Below are positions 56,265-64,000 of a stretch of DNA of 64,000 nt, piece by piece. This stretch comes from Felis catus (lineage: Eukaryota): contig NC_058381.1 of assembly GCF_018350175.1 (NCBI RefSeq), positions 54,994,001 to 55,058,000 on the forward strand, read 5' to 3'. Position 1 is the first letter of the stretch. Every line of letters starts with the position of its first letter. A model generated the notes under the pieces. That model was not told the origin of the DNA. It ran no database searches and saw only the letters and a list, made by a program, of their open reading frames with translations. A program made the translations under genes and the position numbers.

Positions 56265-56785
56265 GAATATGCAGATCACGACAAGCTGGATGAGGAGTCA
56301 CAGCCACCCACATGGGTGGGCAGGTAGCTAGCTCCCTCAACAGCCACACTCCCACTTTGGGGACACGAATCACCCAGGACATTTTAATGAAAGGCTCAGT
56401 TTCAATACACCCACACAATGGAAGCAGAGTCACAAAATGCATTGTTTACAGATCCAAGGGAGAGGCATTCAGTGAGCCTGGGGAAGGGCAGTCCCACATC
56501 CTGACCACAGAGAGCAGGGGACTGACAGTGGGGTGATGGCCTCTGTGACTTACAAGGGGATTGAGGAAGAGGTCACTGATTTTCCACAGAATCAACTCCA
56601 AGTGGTTAATTTAAAGGATTCCCCAGGAAAAGTAAAACAGGAACTTATGGAGGAATTCTAAGCTTGGGTCCTGATCTAAATTTCCAGATTTTGGGTGTGA
56701 ACAGGGTTGCCATTCTGTAAGATGCCTGGGAGCAACTCAGAAAAACAACAGCTCATTTTTCTCAAAAGTTGTTTTACTCCCCCCA
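56265..56785 (-). mobile_element. Duplicate copy of the solo LTR at 32229-32784 (one end lost near gap/SINE)
   Basis: Colinear similarity to 32265-32784 and the same TGGGGGGAGTAAAAC start. Confidence 0.7.
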
Positions 56786-56958
56786 TATGGTCATGGAGAA
56801 TGTGTGCATTTTCTGATTGATGGACACATGGTTCTTCTTCAACTCTGATCCAGTGGTTTGAACAACGGTGGTGCAGCTACTCAAATCAGCATCTGGACAC
56901 CAGGACTTCACGTAGGTCTCCCACCCTGGGCCATAGTGACACTGCATGGTCACTTGCA
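56786..56958 (-). pseudogene. Duplicate of the LTR-split IgV fragment (5' part)
   Basis: VTMQCHYGPGWETYVKSWCPDADLSSCTTVVQTTGSE...FSMT; same LTR junction as at 32784. Confidence 0.85.
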
Positions 56959-57593
56959 GATGAAAGTAGAAGGAAGGAAATAATGAAGAAAAGAAAAATA
57001 TTAATGAAATAGAAAGGAAATATAAAATAGAGACCAAAAAGCCAACAGTTGTTTTCTTAAAGAAACAAAACCCTTAGCAAGATATTAGTGATAAAAGGAG
57101 AGGTCTGAATAATTGACACCAGGAATGAAAACAGGTATTTCACACAATATCCTGTGCATATTAAAAACAAGGTAAGATAATAAGGGATAGGATAATAAAG
57201 GAAATCTAAACAAGTTTATGCCAATAAGTTTGAAAATTTAGATGGAATAAACAAATTTCTAGCAAAAATAATGTGATATACTAAAATAGGTACAAAAAGC
57301 AATAGAAAATCTGAATCATCTTACAACTATTTAAATGAATCAAATCCATTGTTATTAAAGACCACTCACAGGGAGCACCCTCCAGCTCAGTGGGTACAGC
57401 ATGTGACCCTTGGTCTCTGGTATGTAAATTCAAGCCCTATGTTGGGTGTAGAGCTTACTTAAAACCAACCACCACAACAAAAACATACCTTTCCTAAAGA
57501 AGCCTCCAGACCCATACAACTTCAATGGAGATATCCCTTAAACATTTAAGGAAGAAAGAATGCCTATCTTACGTGAAAAATTCCAGACCATAT

Positions 57594-57790
57594 GGGTACC
57601 TGGGTGGCTCGTTTGGTTGAGCGTCCGACTTCAGCTCAGGTCATGATCTCGCGGTCCGTGAGTTTGAGCCCCGCATCGGGCTCACTTCTGTCAGCCTGTC
57701 AGTCTGTCAACGCAGAGCCCACTTCAGATCCTCCGTCCCCCTCTCTCTGCCCTTTTCCCGCTTGCACTCTCTCAAAAATAAATAATTTTT
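57594..57790 (+). mobile_element. CAN-SINE
   Basis: gggtacctgggtggctcg head; A tail. Confidence 0.88.
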
Positions 57791-58928
57791 TTTTAATTCC
57801 AGAACATAGAAAAAGAGGATGAAATACCAAATCCATTTATGAGACTAGCATACTCTTCATGGCAAAACCTAACAAGGACAGTGCAAAAAAGAAATATAGG
57901 CAAAAATCACTCATGAACATAAATACCAAAGTCTGCAACAAAAAAAGTCAGCAAGCTGAATCCAGGGATATATAAGCCAGGAACACATCATGACCAAGTT
58001 GGGTTTATCCCAAGAATGCAAAATTGTTTAAACGTGAGGAAATCAGTAAGTATAATATGCCACATTGACAGACTAAAGGAGAAAATCATGATCATCTAGT
58101 AGATATGGACAAAAGTATTTGATAGATTTAAGCAGCACTTTGACCATGGAGGCCATTCTGGACCTCAGGAATCCTCACAACACCCCAACTGTGCTGGGCT
58201 CCTTCCCTCTGATACTAGATATGGAACAGGGGATGGGAACAGCCGCTATGAAGTCCTGGCCCCAAACTCCAGAAAGAGCAGGACACAAGGCACCAGAGGT
58301 CCAGGAAGGCATTGGAAGGAATTGAGGTCTCTGGTCCCATGGAAGGAGGTCCCTTTGGCCTATGGGCTGAAACTGGGACCATCACCTTGATCTCTGTGGG
58401 CAATAGACTCAGACAATGAGCTGTGCAGAGAAACATGTGCCCAGACAAGCTCGATTCTGTCCTGGAGGAGAAGCCGGGAGCCATGAGAGCATCTAAGAGA
58501 TGGAGAATCTTGGCTTTCTAGCACCCCACTCTCTCTCCACGCCCAACAGACCCCACTCAGGCTGGGATGTGCTGATGGTGGAGGCGACCAGGAAAAGAGG
58601 AGTTGCCTTCCCTGAACAAGCCTGTCCTGGCCGAGTCTATCCTTCTTTGCTCCCTCTGGGGAGAGCAGATGGAGACATGTGGAGCTGTGGGCGCTCACTC
58701 TTTCTTCCAGTCCTTTCCAGAATCTTGGTGCCCCCCATCCACGCTTGCACGTGCCATTCTGTAAAACACTCATATATGCACACACACACTCAAACAAGCA
58801 CATGTATATGTGTAGTCTCAGGCAAGTTTCCAGACTCTTCTCCATCCATCAGGGAAGGTAGAGAAACAGTGCTGTCTCCTCTGGGGGTGGGTCCCAGGGG
58901 CCCAGAACACAGAAGGGGTAGTGTCTAT

Positions 58929-59258
58929 CTGTGTCAACAATCACAGAAAATTCCAACCCCAGGTCAGTGCCAAATCGCTCAATTCCACACTAGTAGATGT
59001 CTGAATCGTCCCACTGGAGATTCTCCAAGGTCATGGTGAATGTGCTTTGGCTGTGATTATCCTGGACGGACGCTCAGCCCTTCTTCACCAGTTGCTCTGA
59101 CTCAGTGGGTTTAACAAGGATTTTGCAGGAACTCCAGTCATTCCCACGACACCACCACTTCCTGTAGGATTCCCATCCCCGATCATATGTATAGTGTGCA
59201 GTCAGTGTGCCCCCCAGTGTGCCTCTCACCATTCTCTCCAGGCAGGTGGAGAAGTGGC
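58929..59258 (-). pseudogene. CD300LD-like copy B IgV exon, inactivated
   Basis: 330 nt; B-strand Cys changed to Tyr; TGA at 59074-59076; TAG at 58990-58992 (YWC to Y*C); donor GT changed to AT. Confidence 0.92.
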
Positions 59259-60718
59259 CTAGAAAACAGAAACCCAACATGCAGCTCGTCCTTCCTTGAG
59301 CCCAGAGTTGACCCCCATGCTGCTGGCGCTTCTGGCCCTTGCCTGAAGACCAGCCAGGAGCCCCTGCCCTCTGTCTAATCTCCACATCCTGCCTGTTCCT
59401 TCAACCCCCGCAGAATCTTTTGTTGTCACCTCTCTCATGAAGTTCTCCTTGGGTCTCCTAACTGCCCAATACAGGGGCCCTCTGCTCACTCCATCCTACT
59501 GACCACCGTCCCCTGCCTGCCCTCAAGCAGAACCTCTTCCCAGCAGCACAGAGCGCATGCAGCAGCCACAGGTGTGTTTCTGAATCCCAGAGCTGGTGAG
59601 ACATCATGGTTCCCTCCCCATCCCAGCTCCTGACATTCTAACCCCCACACACCTAAAAACCCTCAGCCTCTGNNNNNNNNNNNNNNNNNNNNNNNNNNNN
59701 NNNNNNNNNNNNNNNNNNNNNNNNNNNNNNNNNNNNNNNNNNNNNNNNNNNNNNNNNNNNNNNNNNNNNNNNNNNNNNNNNNNNNNNNNNNNNNNNNNNN
59801 NNNNNNNNNNNNNNNNNNNNNNNNNNNNNNNNNNNNTCTTCTGTGTCTTCATACCTTTGTACAAGCTCTTCCCTCTACCAGAATGTGCTTTCTTCTCTCC
59901 TTGGTGGAATCAAACCCTGATATCCGTCCCTCAAGGCTCGGCTCCAACATTGTGTTTTCTGGGGGATTCTCTGGTTCTACAGCCAACTCGGTCACCCCCG
60001 AGCCACCAGAGCACTTTGTCCCTGACTCAGTTACTGAGCTTCCAACACTGGATGAAGGTCCGGTCTGTGGCTTATCCAGAGCAGAGACTCAGGCAGCCTG
60101 ATGGGGGCGGGGCGGGGGAGAGGGGGCGGTGAGCAACTCGGCAGAGAGCCTGTCACACCCTGGTTTTGCTGTCTGCCTTCCTCCCTGTTGTCTGAGCTCT
60201 TGAGAAGAGAGGATCCTGGCTCAAGCTTCAAATCAAGACCATTTGTGCAGGCTTAAAAATGATGCTGATATCTGAACCCCAGCTGAACTGAGTGGGTCTC
60301 AGCTGGGGGTTAAGCTCCTTAAAAATCCCTCAGGAATTCATGCATTTATGTATGTGTGTATATATGTGTGCATGTGTGCATTTATCCATCAACTCTCTAT
60401 TCCTCCATCCAACCATCCATCCATCCATCTGTCCGTCCACCCACTTGTCCATCTACCATCTATTTACCCATCTATCTGCTAGGGGTGACAAACAATGCCT
60501 GAAAACAGACACTGCTTGTGCAATTTATTTTTGTTTTCTTTCCCCGACACCTAACTTAGTACCTGCTAGGTAACATAACTTAAAAAAAATTCTTTTTTGA
60601 CTGAAACAGTGTCCTGATGAATGAAAGACCCTGGCATTTCCCTCGGGACGGACCTAGTCTGAGTCTCACCCAGGTCCTACAGGGTAGTCTGTCCAGAAGC
60701 CCCTGCCCATGCACTCAT

Positions 60719-60758
60719 TTTGGAGGGCGGGGAGGAACAGAACCGGGAGCAGCCACAT
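60719..60758 (-). pseudogene. CD300LD-like copy B leader exon with dead donor
   Basis: MWLLPVLFLPALQ followed by atgagt instead of gtgagt. Confidence 0.88.
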
Positions 60759-63170
60759 GTCCTGCCCGCCTGGCTTGTCTCCTGATGCTCATCTGATTGC
60801 AGCTGCCCCCTGGGGACTTGAGCTGAGCTTGGAGTCAAACTACCTTCTATTGTCTAAATCATTCTTTTTTAGTTTCTCTCATCTGCTTCCGTTAACTTAT
60901 TTTTTCTTCACTGACTTCCTAATTTTATTAATTAGAAGAAAATCAGTGCCTTCTTTGGGAGCATGTGGCTGACGTCATCATGTGTCTTCCGTGATTTGCG
61001 GAAGCAAAGCATCCCACTGTCCAGGGTGCTATTGCAATTGTGCGTGAGGACCTGGGGAGCCAGCTGCCAGCAAACCAGGTGACCCAGTGCAGCAGGGAAG
61101 GGACACCAGAACCTCAGGGCCGGGTCCAAGGGAGGGATGGGCACACGTTGGGTTTGCACGTGGGGAAGAATCAGTGCTCAGGGCTCACACCCAGCCTCGC
61201 TGGCCATACAGCCCCATCCTGAACCTCCTTCCAGGCAGCCCACCTCAGTGCACCCCAGACCACCCTCCCCCTCCCTTGGTCCTGGTCCAGCCCAGATCCT
61301 GACCTGCTGCCACTCTCTCTCAGGGTCCCCCTGAGGTCCTGAGTCCTTCTGAGGCAGAGGTACTATGGGGAGATTATACTTTCCTTTTAGCCCTATTGTG
61401 TCCTAGACATTTCCTCCATCACTCTTGGGTGTATTTCCCCTGGGTGTGGGCTGTGGGCCACATCCCAGCCCCAAGCTGCTTATGCTAATGATTCCTACAT
61501 GATGTTCCCACAGGTGTCCCCTCCTCTGACTGTCCCCTGCTCCCTTTCCCTCTCCTCTCTGAATCAATTCTTTTGTCTCCTGTTTTTCTTTTATGTTTTC
61601 CGTGTTTGTGAGTTTGATTCTACTTCTTGGGAGTGTTTGGTTTGCTTTTGTGTATTTACTTTATCTTCCAATCTTTGCATGAAATATTTAGTTTAGAAAT
61701 TTTATTCCCTGCTTGTGGATGTGTTCAAAACTCTCATTTGTGGTCATGTTTTGGTTTGGTCTGGTCTAGTTTGGTCCTTCCCTTTCATATTACACACCTG
61801 CCTCAAATGTCTGATCATTGTTTGTTATCTGATTGTAAGTGAGATTGAGCCAAAACGTAGCTGATTGGGGTTCTTAGTATGTGGGTGCAAAACAGCATGT
61901 GAAACAGGTGTGTGGTATTGTGCCAAGGTCTTTGAGCCTTCCAACCCTTCTTGATATACAGGCTACGCTTTCACATGAGAGGCTGAGGGATCTTCTAAAT
62001 CCAGAATGAAGATCTCTAGCTGCCTTAGTTTCCCCAAATATTGTATGCAGTTAAAGAGGATCCTGGGGGATGGGACTGTTTGTTTCTGGATTGGGGTACT
62101 GGTTGCATGGGTGTGTTTTATTTGTGCAAGTGTATTGATCTTTGCACTTCTGTTGTGTGCACTCTCTCTGTGGATTTTATACTCCAATAAAAAGCTTTTA
62201 AATTTTGCTGCGGAAATCTTTCCAAGCCATTACATCTGTACTTATGTAATCCTTAAATAGTTGCTTTAATGTTCCATTGTGATTGTAACATAATTACCTA
62301 GTCACGTAGGGATGGTGGCTGAGCCCATTTCCAGCTTTTTGCTCTTGAACATCTATGCTGCAGGCTTCCAGCTCAGGGAAGATGACGTCAACACACTCCA
62401 CAGACCTCTCCCTAGACTACAATAAAAGCCCAGACAGAATGTGTAGAGCCACTATCTGAGTATTCTGCAGAATGAACCGTAACAGGAATTGGGGAAGGAA
62501 ACCAGACCAAGTATAGGACCAATCCAGCAGTGAGTTTTCTGATTATATTTCCCACTATATCCTCCTGCCTGAGCGGGAAACTTGCAGCCCACATCCTGAA
62601 AGTGCATGCTCAGCAGGGACCCTAAGAGCCCAGGATGAGCAGAAAAAGGAAACCCTAAGGGAAGAGGGGGTCAAATTGCCAGAGTTTTCTTGGTGTTCGT
62701 GTTTTCTTTCCCTCCCACGACGTCCCCAGCAAGCAAGCCTCAGGACAGAAGCTGCAATCCCACCTGCAGCCGCTGGGGGCCGAAAGCTGGAACTCTGAAG
62801 GGGGAAGGTCTTTGCTGCCCAGAAGAGCTTGGGCCCCAAGAGGGGGGAGAGAGAGAGGAATACCAGTGCATCTTCTCTCTTTGTTCTTCTACTGCTTGGC
62901 CCTGGATGCAAACCCAATCACAGGAAGTACACAGCAGACTGGAGAGAGAAAAACCTCAGCTCTCCAAGTTTCCTAGCCAAAGGACGAGGAAAGGAGAAGG
63001 TGGCGGTTCTGAAAGCTGGGAGGGAATGGTGGGGGGGATGGAGAAGAGAAAACAGCTGAAGAAAGGGACGTTTGATCTCCCAGGATCGCGCCCCAGTGTG
63101 GGCTCCTGATCAGACCCTGGGGAGAATACTGGAGTTTGAGACTTGGTGAAGGCCATCGCCAGTCACAGAC

Positions 63171-63189
63171 TGGCCACTAGATGGCGCAC
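63171..63189 (+). promoter_or_regulatory. Putative CTCF site (duplicate)
   Basis: Identical motif to 38943-38961. Confidence 0.65.
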
Positions 63190-64000
63190 ATGGGGCATCT
63201 GGGAGCGCCTGCAAGGCTCCAGAAAGCACCTGCAAGGCTCCAGAAAGCTGAACCAGCGCACGCAGGAACCACAGTCCACAGAAGCCACATCAGCACTTTA
63301 AGTCCTAACCTCACCAGCTGGACTGCCTGCCACTAAAGAAACGGAAGTCAGAGTGAAAGACCTGTCCCGCGAGGTGATAGCATTGCTTTGCATGTCTGTG
63401 GTGGTGGTTCCGTGAAATGATCCGTGTGTTAAACACATAGAACCGAACAGCACCACAAAGTTGTACCGTATGTAAGATTTGAGAAGTAGCAAAAACAGCA
63501 AGAAAAACGTTTGAAACTCTTCACTTTAAGCGTATGTGGTTTATTTTATCTTAATTACACCTCAGTTGACCTTGAGAAAGGAAGGGAGGGAGGGAAAAGT
63601 TTGAGGAGAGGCCAATGTTCCCGCTCACCACCCCCGCATAAATTCAGGGCTCACTGGGGCCCCAATCCCAGTAGAAGGCTCAGCCCAGCCCTCACACGTG
63701 AACACAAACAGAGCTACACAGGCTGAAGGCAGGCCACCCCAAGATGGGCCACTTTGAGCATGAAGATTGTTCGCAGGTAATGGCAGTCAAGACCCTGCTG
63801 TCTGCAGAAAAACTCTGCCCCTCCCTTTACTATATAGAAGAACCTCAATTGAGAGTCTTTGCAGAATAAGAGTTATTACCAGGAATAAATCTTATCTGAG
63901 TAACCCAACTACATAACAGGGCAAGCATTTGTGTAGCAAACACTGTTTTTCATTTTCCCACGAAATCCTTTCTTTCCCTTTGAAGTCCCAGACTCCTGCC

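Larger units (their letters stand above)
51243..64000 (+). repeat. Direct segmental duplicate (copy B) of about 24040-25405 plus 28195-39750
   Basis: Colinear shared sequence, shared SINE/LTR/L1 insertions, and identical spurious ORFs (e.g. 28734 vs 52801). Confidence 0.92.

Noticed and set aside
63207-63250. Short direct repeats (cctgcaaggctccagaaagc x2; also ggtcaggtcccaagc x2 at about 49686)
   Set aside because: Two-copy local slippage duplications, not a CRISPR-like or otherwise structured array.

Overview
Mammalian genomic DNA from a felid (dense CAN-SINE/SINEC_Fc-type repeats, felid-type L1 3' ends, several N gaps). It covers part of the CD300 (CMRF35-like) immune-receptor cluster. Almost all ORFs in the supplied track are spurious; the real genes are spliced. 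Left to right: (1) the 5' part of a CD300C-like gene on the minus strand (leader 2412-2472, IgV 1546-1881, running off the left edge). (2) A CD300H orthologue on the minus strand (leader 24978-25017, IgV 19313-19670, stalk 18371-18459, TM/tail 16365-16626). Its IgV exon ends in splice phase 2, so only skipping the stalk exon gives a membrane receptor, while including it gives a predicted secreted form. A second, spare TM exon lies at 15101-15269. (3) Several decayed IgV exons, one split by a solo LTR. (4) A CD300LD-like gene inverted onto the plus strand (40870-44232 plus a candidate last exon 46665-46818). No intact canonical CD300 TM exon follows it, and its best in-frame terminal exon encodes a C-terminus resembling a GPI-anchor signal. 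(5) Two truncated minus-strand copies of that gene (about 35-36 kb and 59-61 kb). The right part of the window (about 51.2-64 kb) is a direct duplicate of about 24-40 kb, with patchy identity suggestive of gene conversion. Gene names rest on my recollection of human CD300 protein sequences; no database search was run.
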